From: Eledone cirrhosa | Lineage: Eukaryota | Direction: 5' to 3' | Assembly (NCBI GenBank): GCA_964016885.1 | Contig: OZ024749.1 | Span: 56,358,001 to 56,422,000, forward strand | Length of the DNA: 64,000 nucleotides | Shown here: one piece after another, positions 41,737 to 54,204 of the stretch | Layout of the letters: the number at the start of each line of letters is the position of its first letter | Numbering within the stretch: position 1 is the first letter of the stretch | The notes under the pieces: model-generated | What the model was told of the DNA's origin: nothing | The model's input: only the letters and a program-made list of their open reading frames with translations | Database searches by the model: none | Made by a program: the position numbers and the translations under genes

Positions 41737-42775
41737 AAAGCATCAACTTTTTATTAACAATATGTTGAAATAAAAAGTTTCTATGATATTTCAAGATATG
41801 AGAGGAGGGAAGAAGACAAGAGAGAGAAACAGCAATAAAAATGTGTGGGGGAGGAGTAGGAGGAGGAGGAGGGGGAAATGATGTAAGGAAGAGGGAGGGG
41901 GAGAAATATTTACATGAAGTTCACAAGAGTAAATATTGAAGGTTTATGATATATTCTTAGTTTAGTGAAAATCGTAATGGTGTTAATTCTGAAATAAATT
42001 TATCAATGCACATGCACAGATGCATGCAGAAACAGGTGCATGGAGAACATAACATGCACAGAGACATACATGTGCAGGAATATGCATGTGCAGAGACATG
42101 CACAAACATATGTACAAATACACATGCACTTCCAGTCATGCACATACATACACTTGCACAGACAGATGCAGAGATACAGTCACACATGCACACATACATA
42201 CCCACATCCAGTCATGCACACACACATATGCACACACAAAGACACACAGGTACTGACACATGTACAGAAACATACATACACACACATACATACACACACC
42301 TATCCACATCCAGTCATGCATACACATGCACAGATACATACAGACATACATACACACACACATACACATGCATACACATACACATGCATACATATACATG
42401 CATACATACACCTCCATGCAGACACACTAACACATACACGTTCAAAGATAAAGACATGTAAGATGGAATTAATTCATAATCCTCTTTATTCTTTGTACGC
42501 AATGTTCTTCAAAAGTTTTTCCTGTGTGTGTGTATGTGCATATATATATGAATGTGTGTGTGTGTGAGAGTGTGTGTATGTATATATATATATATATGTG
42601 TATGTATGAATGTCTATATATATATATGTTATCTTCATCATCATTTTACATCCGTTTTTCCACGCACACAATTTATATATATATATGTGTGTGCTTCTCT
42701 GAATGTGTAAACATATATATATATACATGTATGTATATATACTACCACATATATATACATATGTATATATACTAC

Positions 42776-42831
<56 letters not shown>

Positions 42832-43352
42832 ACCAGTAGTGCATCAACCTGAGAATGCACAAGAAAAGTTTTCACAGTGAAATCTAATGTAATTCTTATT
42901 GAGGCAGAGAGGAACAGGGTGGGATGTCTGAGGTGGTGGTTACTTAAACTATTGTTACACTTTATTGTCGTTGGGGGGGAAATAAACCTCATTTGGTCAT
43001 TCCATGAGAGTATCTTGGTCAGCCTATGAAGGAGTGATGCTAAAACTGTGAAATCTTGCATGCATTAATTTTAACTCTTATTAATAATAACTGCATTGTT
43101 TCTTTCCAGGGACTATGTTGAAAAATAAACCTCATTTGGTCATTCCATGAGAGTATCTTGGTCAGCCTATGACACTCGTATCTTAACAAAAGTTTTCATT
43201 ATTAAGAGTTTTTAAAAAACATATTTTAATAAAAGAATTATGTTGGAAAGTTTGAATTTGAATATAAACTCTTTAAAATTATTGGTGGTTTCGGGTGTGT
43301 TGTTATCAAAAGGGTTAATTTTCTCCTGTCATTGAGAAAAATGGTGACTTAA

Positions 43353-43565
43353 CCCTTTCACATTTAAACCGGCCGTATCCAACCAGATTTGTCTCACCTC
43401 TTTCTGTTCAAACTAACCCTAATTGGTCGCTCATACTGATGTTAAGGTATTGTTCTCAAAATAAATAATATCAAAATCTCATAGATTCAATATTTTGTGA
43501 GGTAAATAAAGCCTTTATCATTGAAAATACAATAGTAAATATAGAGTAACATAAATGCTAAAGGG
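43353..43565. mobile_element. piggyBac-like MITE (213 bp)
   Basis: TTAA on both sides (43349-43352, 43566-43569). TIRs ccctttcacattta / taaatgctaaaggg match at 12 of 14 positions. Partial copies at 16407-16727 and about 59275-59435 (-). Confidence 0.75.
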
Positions 43566-44135
43566 TTAAACACATAAACACACACACAAGAAACCGACAA
43601 TGAAATGCAACCTCATACGAGGCTGACAAAAGCTGAATAGATGTGAGTGTGTAACAAATAAGAACACAACACCATTAACTAATGCCAACATATAACAGTA
43701 TATTTGCAATTCACATAGGAGATATAAAAAAATAAAAAAATAAAAACAAAACAACCATAAAATGGTAGAGTTAGCAATACTAACAAGCAATCAACAATTT
43801 AATAGTAGCATTCACTTTCAAATATAACACAGTTTCCCATCATTTTCTGTGACTTTCTTCTGCCATTTCTTGTAGATAATAGAATAGTAAAGAAGACTGC
43901 CATTTCTAATGTGAGCAAAGTTATTAATTCTGCTAGACTGATGCTAAAAGCTGTATCTATTATCTTTATCACACTCATCTTCCACTTCATCTATATTCTA
44001 TATTCTATATTACTAGGAATTAGGTGAGACACTGAGACAACACAACTTTAACGAACAATTAAATTAAGGACACAAATTTACAAAGAAAATTGAATCTTCT
44101 TTGTTTGAAATACAATGTCTATATGCGTATATGTT

Positions 44136-44182
<47 letters not shown>

Positions 44183-44517
44183 ATATATATATGCATGTAC
44201 GTATGTATGCGCAGAACATGGAATTACTCGGTCTGGTGACTGAGCACGCAGTTAGCCAACCGACAGTGACAAACATGTAGGTCTTGTTAGGACATTCTAG
44301 GACAAAGAAAACTCTGATAAGAAAACAGTCGAGGGTTGGCAATTCTCAAAACTGTCAAGCCAGCAAAAATATCTTATTTACAAAATTATGCAAGAAGATA
44401 GAGGCTTCTTTGACTGTGATATTATCAAAGCTTTAACTACTCACTATCTGTTTATATATAATATATATATATATATATATATCATCATCATTTTACATCT
44501 GCTTTTCCCTGCTTGCA

Positions 44518-44558
<41 letters not shown>

Positions 44559-45111
44559 ACACATGACTAAGCAACCTTATCATCATCATCATCGTTTAAC
44601 GTCCATCTTCTACACTAGCATGGGTTAGACGATATATATATATATTTGGTCTAGTTTCCTCATCTTGGTTGTCAACTACCAAGATGAAGAAAACTAGTCC
44701 AAATAAATCTATTTATAACAATGATCATTCTATATCTAAGACATCCAGACACAAAATAATCTAAAAGGTTTTCAAAATTCAAAAATTTTAACAAATATTC
44801 TTTAAAAAAAAATTCTTAAAAATTACAAAAAAAATCACAAAAATAGTAAGGATAAGTCAAAAACACTATGCCTTCCATTAATAATGATATATCTTAAGTT
44901 CAGAGTATATTTGTTGATCAATAGTAAGTTTAAAGAAGCTTAAAAAATACAAAATTACTGAAATCATCAATTATTAAAGTAGCTAAGAATCTACTAGACT
45001 GTCTAAAACTGCAAATTACTTTGCTTTATATTGCTTATTGAATTCTGTTTTTCTTCTTTTATTATTATTATTATTGTAACCTTTCTTCACCTACTATTCA
45101 TATTTATGTAC

Positions 45112-45143
<32 letters not shown>

Positions 45144-45249
45144 CAGATTGGAGATGGTAAAAAGCAATTAGACCATTAATCACCAGAGTACTCAATACTT
45201 GTGGTAGTAGACTGGGTAATATGAAACGGCCGTCAGAGTCCTGAATTTT

Positions 45250-45316
<67 letters not shown>

Positions 45317-45366
45317 AACTAAAATAAGTAGGAACGAGGTGTCAGAGTATAATCATTAACCTTATT

Positions 45367-45457
45367 CAGGTGTGACGTGTTTCACTATTGATCAGCTCAA
45401 GGTTCGATCTATATTGATCTCGCCCGACTCTGTAATCAAAAGCTCATCAGACTCTTG
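45367..45457 (-). ncRNA. Type-I hammerhead ribozyme-like motif in a (TA)n-flanked segment (45313-45623)
   Basis: Minus strand reads CAAGAGU-CUGAUGA-GCUUUUGAUUA..UGAUCAAUAGU-GAAA-CACG-UC-ACACCUG. The core is intact, stem II pairs at 10 of 11 positions, stem III is minimal, the triplet is GUC and stem I pairs at 5 of 7. Confidence 0.6.
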
Positions 45458-45856
45458 GGTTCATTAATGATGTGAGATATCCATGTACAGCTTTAATAAT
45501 ACACTCTGCATGAGGGAAACTGACCATAGTTTATCACCAAATGTGTAACACTACACACTAGATTTCAATGAACTTACCTACACATCAAGTGCTCAAGTTG
45601 GTGAACCAACAATAACATAGAGCTATATATATATATATATATATATATTCTCCATGAGGAATTGATTGGAGAGACCACCATTGTGTTTCTCTTGTCCCTG
45701 CTGTCCTGTGTGGAAATACTGGAGCATGGTCGTGGTCCAGGATTGGCCTCTACAGCCACCTTAGAGTGTGCCACCATACAAAACAGGACAACAATTCTTC
45801 CCACTGATCTTCACAAGCGTAGAATTCACCATTCATGTATATAAACACACACACGT

Positions 45857-45945
<89 letters not shown>

Positions 45946-46331
45946 TGCAAGAGAAACCACAAGCCCTCCATCTCAATTCTACTTTTGAAAAGCATAAGAA
46001 CTGTGTAAAGGAAATAAATAAATATTCTTAAAAAGTCTCCAGTTGCATTTCCTATTTCTTTTCCTTATATGTATATACATATATATTATATATATGTATA
46101 TACATATATATTATATATAGAGTTATAAACTCAAATAGTCTTTTAAATCGAGACAGGCAAACCGTATTATTTTAATTAGTATTTTTCAATCTAGCTAACT
46201 TGGTCATTTGCAATGCGAACACATGTATACTTGTATCAGTCTTTATCCCTATCATATATTCATTTGTATATACAAATATATATACATTTATATATATATA
46301 TACATATATATATACACATATATATATATAC

Positions 46332-46362
<31 letters not shown>

Positions 46363-46413
46363 CATATATATATACATATATATACATATATATATATATA
46401 TACATATATATAC

Positions 46414-46444
<31 letters not shown>

Positions 46445-46617
46445 CATATATATATACATATATATATACATATATATATACATATATATATACATATATA
46501 TATACATACATATATATATATATACATATATATATACATATATATACATATATATATATATACATACATATATATATATATATACATACATATATATACA
46601 TATATATATATATATAC

Positions 46618-46648
<31 letters not shown>

Positions 46649-46719
46649 CATATATATATACATATATATATACATATATATACATATATATATACATATA
46701 TATATACATATATATATAC

Positions 46720-46750
<31 letters not shown>

Positions 46751-47496
46751 CATATATATATACATATATATACATATATATATATATACATACATATATA
46801 TATATACATACATATATATACATATATATATATACATATATATATATACATATATATATATACATACATATATATATATATACATATATATACATACATA
46901 TATATATAAACATATATATATATATATCAGAGGTCAGAGCTTGTTCGTGTCTCAAATTTAGAACTCATCAATTTTCAGTTTAGAAATACCTATAAGTTTT
47001 TTCTGATTTATTTTGATTTTTCCGTTAAGAATCTTAGCAACACACACGAGGTGACTGTATTGAGAACATAGAGCGAAGTATGGAAAATCGATTAAATAAA
47101 TTTAATCATGATGAGAAAACAAAACACAACAAAAACACTGATATATAAATTCTCTCATGTCTAATAAGAAATCTGAAGATCATTATAGATTTCGGTAGTC
47201 AAAATATTACTTTATGTGATACGAATGAGACCAAAAGTCTTAAAACTAATTTGGTTTGCCATTATTCTTTGACATCGTTTTCGGTGAAACTATCAATCTC
47301 AAACAGATTATCTCATAGCTGACATCATGTTTTCACAGATTTATTTAAATATAATTAAGAACTATGGACCTCAAACTTCACCGTAAACAATACAACCAAT
47401 TTATATCGACACACAACGTAATGTCCTCTACACATTCAAAAGATGTTTATGATACCTCCTGATACTTTTAATAACTATATATAATTCTCTATACAA

Positions 47497-47542
<46 letters not shown>

Positions 47543-47704
47543 ATATACACACACATATATATATATATGTGTGTCTATGTTATCATTCTCATCGTCACTA
47601 TATATCACAAAAAACTACATATACACATATATATATGTGACTGTATCATCATTATCATCACTATCTACCTATATATATATATGTAGAAAAGACTGCATTA
47701 ATTA

Positions 47705-47743
<39 letters not shown>

Positions 47744-48587
47744 AAAAAGATCACACACACACACACATATATATATACATATATATATACAGATAGACAC
47801 TATATATAGAGACGATACACACCTTATAGCAGTGGAAATAAAATACAATTCTATAAGTGTATTGGAGCTGTACTTTAAATTATGTTTGTCTCTCTTTGCA
47901 TATGACAATATTTACATACAAAATATATAGACACAGAGACACATTTTTATATATATACTAGAAGCTTGCCTGGAGTTGCCCAGAAAATAAACCACTCAGT
48001 TTGTGGCCAATTTTTATTTTTTAAAGAAAACCAGGATGATTGTGTATCAATTAATTATTTCAAACACAAAGTTAATAAGTCTTAAAATTTATCAAAGAGC
48101 AGAAGGATGTAAAATTCTGAAACCATGGGAAGCCCAAATGCAGAAACTAACTGTAACAAGCCGATCGCTATAAATAATAGCTAAGAAAATCGGGTAAAAC
48201 TTTCTTATTATTAAGCTGGTGGTTGGAACATAACTTAACAAAGGTTCTTACATAAAATTACGGTGGATGGATTTTACATAAATATAAACACTCTAAAACA
48301 ATTTTGTATCATAAAACCAGGAGCAGTTTTAGACAGTTTGGTATCGAAAGGATTAACTGAGAGATGCATGTCTTTCAGAAAAGGTCTTCCAGAATGCTAA
48401 GGTTCTGTAGCTTGATTCTACTACCGCTGCTGCTGCTACTAAAGGGCTTCTACTTCTCCTACTCTTCCTGTCCCTCCTCATTCTTCTTCCAGCATGCTAA
48501 GGTTCACTAGCTTGACTTCTGTGATTCAAAATTATGACCAATGGTACAGTTCATTCTTATGATTATCATACTCTATCTGTTACATAC

Positions 48588-48624
<37 letters not shown>

Positions 48625-49100
48625 TACACACACATATATATCACCATCACCATCATCATCGTTATGGATTATATATATAGTGGTAAAGATATTACTGAAC
48701 AAGTTCAGCCTCAAATACTTGGTTGGTTGGTGACAATGTTATCAGAAAATGATGGATGGGGAAGAAGCAAGCCTTCCAAAGATATTCAACAATATAAAAA
48801 AACAAACTTGAATTACAGAACATCTATCTTCATGAAAGTGTTGCTATCATTCCAACTGTAAAGATTTGTAAATGCCCTCCTACCCGCTCCAACCCCTACT
48901 CTCCTTGTAAAGGGAACACTGGATAGTATGTCAACTATATATATTGCTTTACTAAGGAATGGAAAATTATTACTGAGCAAAGCTGGATTACATGACACTA
49001 AAAAAAAGTAAAACTTAAGAAAAATGTTCTAGATTTCCAAAATGACATAGAAGATAAGTGAAACATACATGGCAATCATCCAAAGATGTCTAAAGCTATA

Positions 49101-49415
49101 AAGAATTATATCAGAGAGAACACCTACTTTCTTCTAATCTAACATTGCTCTCCTCTCCCTAACAACTTGCCAAATTACCTGCTACCTATCTCTCCAATGA
49201 CATCTGGGCCAGAGTTTTTTTTCCGACATGATGACATTTCTGTACGGTATATCATAAAGAATTATATCAGAGAGAACACCAAATTTCTTGTAATCCAGCA
49301 TTTCTCTCCTCTCCATAACAACTTACCAAATTACCTGGTATCTTTCTATCTCTACAATGACATCTGGGCAAGAGTTCTTTACTGATATATATGACATTTT
49401 GGTTGTAGTATATCA
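49101..49415 (-). pseudogene. Two tandem degenerate copies of the 3' half of IFT80 exon A plus donor site
   Basis: 49413-49335 translates IYYNQNVIYISKELL.. versus the exon's IYYYPNVIYVDKELL, and ends GATACCAG|GTAATT like the real GATACCAG|GTAAGT. A second, more decayed copy lies at about 49179-49252. The unit starts aagaattatatcagagagaacacc at 49101 and 49257. Confidence 0.8.
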
Positions 49416-49585
49416 TCATCAAACTATCAAACTATCAAACCGTCATACTTTCTCAGCGAAACATCACAACACCCATTAATGTTTAAAGAAATGACATTCA
49501 AATGAGTGAATGTCTCAGAACCTCTGAAACATTCCAGAATTTTCCGATACAACACTGACCTCCAAAACAACTTCCAAAAACTTAC

Positions 49586-49733
49586 CTGGTATCCTTCATT
49601 TCAACAACATCTCCCAGGAGTTCTTTATCGACATAGATGACATTTGGGTAGTAGTATATGAGAAAGCGGTCATCTGAGAGAGTAGCCAGCATGTTACAAG
49701 AGTCGTTCCATGCGAGTGAATGAACCATTGAGC
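49586..49733 (-). CDS. IFT80: IFT80 internal coding exon A (148 bp, phase 1 to 2)
   Basis: Encodes (G)SMVHSLAWNDSCNMLATLSDDRFLIYYYPNVIYVDKELLGDVVEMKDT(S), recognisably homologous to vertebrate IFT80 GTMVHTLAWNDTCNILCG...WYYPN.VYVD (recalled sequence). Acceptor ttcacAG, donor AG|GTaag. The split codon AG+T (Ser) joins exon B in frame. Confidence 0.95.
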
Positions 49734-49781
49734 CTGTGAAAGACAGAATTAAAGGGCATGAGAAGCAGGTAACCATTATTT

Positions 49782-49967
49782 AATAATTGTTTCTACTGTT
49801 GGCACAAGGCCAGCAATTACCCAGTACATTACTGGTACTTTATTTTATCGACCCGTAAGGATGAAAGGCAAAGTGAACCTCGGCGGGATTTGAACTCAGA
49901 TCGTAAAGGGACGTAACTCTATGCTGGAAAGCATGGCGTCCGACTCTCTACCGATACTGCCACTCCA
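49782..49967 (-). mobile_element. SINE family A with a 15-bp TSD, about 50 bp upstream of the exon A acceptor
   Basis: TSD ccattatttaataat at 49773-49787 and 49965-49979. Confidence 0.85.
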
Positions 49968-50159
49968 TTATTTAATAATGAGAGAACGTCACAAGATTAT
50001 AGTGTGCACATGAACCAGTGAATTAAATTGAATATTAAACCAGTATCGGTAACATCTCCCATTTATCTTCTGATATTCAGTTATGGACATGGAATTATCT
50101 ACTATTCCTTCCAAAATAGAGAGAAGTGATTTAAGTCCGAGGTTCAGCTGGCTGTGACA

Positions 50160-50335
50160 CTTCTTCTTCTTCTTTGCTCTTGCTTGATGGGACTGGGGTC
50201 ATCCTAGGTCAGCAATCCCAGAGGCATCATCGTGTGTAGAGTTGACCCGGTCCACCTGTGCCTTCCATCGCTAGCAGTCCCATGCTAGCCCCTCTACATC
50301 ATCCAAGGTGTAGACGAACCTCTGGACTGTGACAA
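50160..50335 (-). mobile_element. Probable RTE-type LINE 3' end with a (GAA)n tail
   Basis: Minus strand translates LDDVEGLAWDC*RWKAQV (LA.DR..W pattern), followed by a short 3' UTR and gaagaagaagaa. Confidence 0.45.
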
Positions 50336-50482
50336 ACAGGACTTAAAATGGAGCCCCTTATCCTTCAAGACACTAGGTTAGTTGTCAACTTATGTTGAGA
50401 AAGGAAGGAAAGATGAAGCTCAAAGCAAGCAAACTTTAATCAAAATTGCTACAGAAACAATAAAAGTTGCCAAATACTCCAT

Positions 50483-50675
50483 GCGGCTCATTCAACGGAT
50501 GAAGACTGATATAGGGAGGATCAGTAAAAGAATCCTGAATAAAAATCATACCCTGAGTCAAGCAACAAGCGAGATTCAACATGGACTAACCCATATGAGT
50601 ACCAGGTACCACTGATAAAGAGAACACGAAATTCATCTAATTCGATATTGAAAATTACTATACCTCAATAACACA
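50483..50675 (+). mobile_element. Penelope-like element reverse transcriptase relic
   Basis: Translates RLIQRMKTDIGRISKRILNK...NTKFI*FDIENYYTSIT, resembling the PLE RT segment RLINP.KS.IG.ISK.IL...FIQFDI..FYPSIT (recalled consensus). Confidence 0.65.
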
Positions 50676-52063
50676 AGGAGTAAAAAGAACTCAGATATAA
50701 GAAATAAAAGATATATTTTAAAATATTTCATATAAAGAGTGTTCAATAAGTAGAATACTTAAATCATCATATCAAATCTCCTGCAGTATATAATTGTGTT
50801 TTCAATATCATCATCATCATCATCATCATCGTTTAACGTCCATGTTCCACGCTTGCATGGGTTTGGACAGGAGTTTTCCCACTTGAGGCAAGAGTGATTG
50901 TCTTGCTCGCATAGGACTGTCTGGCGGGTTTTCTACAGCTGGATGCCCTTCCTAACACCAACCACATTTACAGTGTAGGACTGGGAGGTTTTTACCGTGT
51001 TGCCTACACGGCCACATTACAGCGTGGACTGTCTGTTTTTTTGTCGTGACACCTACACGATCTCATTTGTTTTGGCCTGGATGGTGTGGCACCAACATAA
51101 CTTTACATTGAAAGGGGCGGTGTGGATGGGGTGGGGGTGGTGGGACGGGGGGTGTATTTTGTTAGAGATGCCTACTGACTGTAGTAGGTTTTACTTTGTA
51201 TTTAGGTAAGGCGGGTCTTCTCTATTACTGAGTACCACCAAAGATCTCGGTCCAGTGACATTGTCTTGGAGAGGTGTAAGTGTGTGAGGTCGGAATTTAT
51301 ATATATACATATATATATTTATACACACACTGTAAATGTGGTTGGTGTTAGGAAGGGTATCCAGCTGTAAAAAACCCCAGCCAAATTTACAGTTCTGTTA
51401 GAGCAAGGTATGACATGGCTAATCCTGGCCAGACTTGTTTCTCGATGCGGACGACCCGTCTGAACCATGTAAGCATGGAAAAATGGACGTAAAATGATGA
51501 TGATGATTATATATATATATACACACATTTACTAACTCATCAACAATGATTCCTTATGGACCGAACATATATACCAGCAGACCATACTATTAGTTAGTTA
51601 ATAAGATAGTTGTGGAGAACAATAATATGAAATTCAGCAGACATGGTGAAGACAATAACAAAACAACCACCTCCACCTCCTCCTCCTCCTATTGTAATTA
51701 TTTTTCCATATATAATTATGCTTGAGGCTGATCTCACAAATAACCATCATTAATTAGTAAAGTAGAAATGAAATGCTGTCAAAATATTAATCAATACCAA
51801 ACATTTAAGTGAACCTCCTATTTGTTATAGGTGGTGGGGGTCAATGCAAACAAAACTGCTAAAAATATATCAGATAAACAACATATTATATAATCATCAC
51901 ACAACATACATGTCTCTGTATATATGGTGTGTGTGTGTGTGTATATATATGTCTATATGTCTATATGTCTATACATATAAATACACACACCAGGTTGAAT
52001 ATCCAAGTAGTGTGCATATCTCATAAGTGTAAATATGTATGTATGTGGTGGGTGTATATATAT

Positions 52064-52401
52064 ATCATCATTTCATTTTACGTCCGCTTTTTCCCTGCTT
52101 GCAAGGGTGGGACGGGAACTGATTCTGGCTTGATTTCTACAGCTGGATGCCCTTCCTAACACCAACCTCATTTACAGTGAGTGCTGGGTGCTTTTTTTGC
52201 CGTGGCACCTCCACGACCACTTTGCAGTGGAATGATATTGACCCCAGTCCCTATCATCTCATTTCTACAGCTGAGTAAACTGGAGCAATGTGAAATAAAG
52301 TGTCTTGCTCAAGGAAACAACACATCACCCGGTCTGAGAATTGAACTCACAACCTTTCGATTGCAAGGCCAATGCTCTAACCACTAAGCCATGTGCCTCC
52401 A
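52064..52401 (-). mobile_element. SINE family B, full length (tRNA head plus CORE-like domain)
   Basis: Reverse complement of the copy at 52656, apart from an internal indel. Confidence 0.85.
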
Positions 52402-52655
52402 CAATATATATATATAGAGAGAGAAAAAGAGAGAGAGAGAGATATGTGTTAGGTAATTCAGAAGGAAAAGCAAAAGAAAAAAGAGTGCTCTATGTATAGA
52501 AGAGAGCTATTTAATTAGAAAGTGAACAACACAAAATATAATATAATATGACTGATCCAGACATATTTTAATATTGTCTGGGATCGAAAAACCTTTGGTA
52601 ATGGAGTAGTTATATTTTGTGTTGTTCACTTTCTAATTATATATATATATGTGCT

Positions 52656-53046
52656 GGAGGCACATGGCTTAGTGGTTAGAGCATTGGCCTTGCAATCGAA
52701 AGGTTGTGAGTTCAATTCTCAGACCAGGTGATGTGTTGTTTCCTTGAGCAAGACACTTTATTTCACATTGCTCCAGTTTACTCAGCTGTAGAAATGAGAT
52801 GATAGAGACTGGGGTCCATATCATTCCACTGTAAAGTGGTCGTGGAGGTGCCACGGCAAAAAAGCACCCAGCCCACACTGTAAAGTTTATGTGTAGGCGC
52901 CACGGAAAAAAAGTACCCAGCACTCACTGTAAATGAGGTTGGTGTTAGGAAGGGCATCCAGCTGTAGAAATCAAGCCAGAATCAGTTCCCGTTCCACCCT
53001 TGCAAGCAGGGAAAAGTGAACGGAAAATGATGATGATGATGATGAT
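52656..53046 (+). mobile_element. SINE family B, full length (tRNA-derived CORE-like SINE, possibly octopus OR2-type)
   Basis: A-box tggcttagtggttaga, B-box gagttcaattctc, CORE-like ccttgagcaagacacttt, 3' ttaggaagggcatccagctgtagaa and a (GAT)n tail. Confidence 0.85.
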
Positions 53047-54130
53047 ATATGTTTATATGTACATAAGCATGAAGCTAATAAAACTTTATGTTAATGCATC
53101 TTTATTCTGGTATTCATCATCATATATATATATATGTATATATATATATACACACACATATATATATATATTATTAATTTTCAATCTGATTTTCAAAAAA
53201 CAGTAACAGTAACAAAATCTTTTAATTCGAAGTAACCCTCAGGCATTTAATTATCTCGAATGAATGAAGGAGGTTGACTTTAATACAACTTCTTGAGAAA
53301 TACATTATTATAGGAACATTTGTATGATTCTATAAAACCGTTTCTTTTTTTTTTTTATTGTAATTTTTATTTTTATTAGTTCAAGTCTCTTTAGACCAAA
53401 GCAGTTTGGTTTGGAATTTAATACTTCTTTTGTAATGACATATTTCAATAGAATGCTTCTTGGCATTTTTCTTTTTGGGGTGGTTTTTTTTTTTCTTTTT
53501 TTGCAGATCTCAGATTTTATATTTCTCCACAAGAAACAAGTAACAGTTTAATTCTTCGTTTCTTTCCTTGTCTTGAAGAACACCTGTTCACATAAACATC
53601 TGAAAGGCCTGTCAAATATTTCCATCATTCACACAATAATCCAATAGCTCCATTATTTTCCTCTCACATGCGATCAATACTTTAAATCTGATAAACATTG
53701 CAACACAGTGTTCAATTGTTAAATTGTTATCATTCCTGATTTAATTCCAGGCATCAGTTTGGTCTTTAGAAACATTAAACATTTTCAATCAATCAAAAAA
53801 AGTTCTTCCAAAATCAAACAGGTTCTTCATTAACCCCCCCCCCCCCCCAAAAAAAACAAAGAAAAATAACTGAAGTGTGACATGTAGATGTTAATAAAAA
53901 TTGTGGGTATTTTGATTTGTTTATATACAGGTATGTGCGTGTGTATGTACACATGTATATATTATCATTTAACATTAACACCCATTGAAGAAGTCACAGA
54001 ATGTGTGACAAAAGAACTTTGACAAATGAATGAATAATGAACAATGAAGATAAAGGTAAAGTTAAATTAAAAATTATATGGTGTGTGTTTCTATATTGGC
54101 AATATCAGCAACATGACCTTCCCCAAATAT

Positions 54131-54204
<74 letters not shown>

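Noticed and set aside
42980-43172. 50-bp direct duplication (aaataaacctcatttggtcattccatgagagtatcttggtcagcctatga)
   Set aside because: It is real but an ordinary local duplication with no further structure.
52656-52730. tRNA-like sequence
   Set aside because: It has A and B boxes but continues into a SINE body and tail and is repeated, so it is a SINE head and not a tRNA gene.
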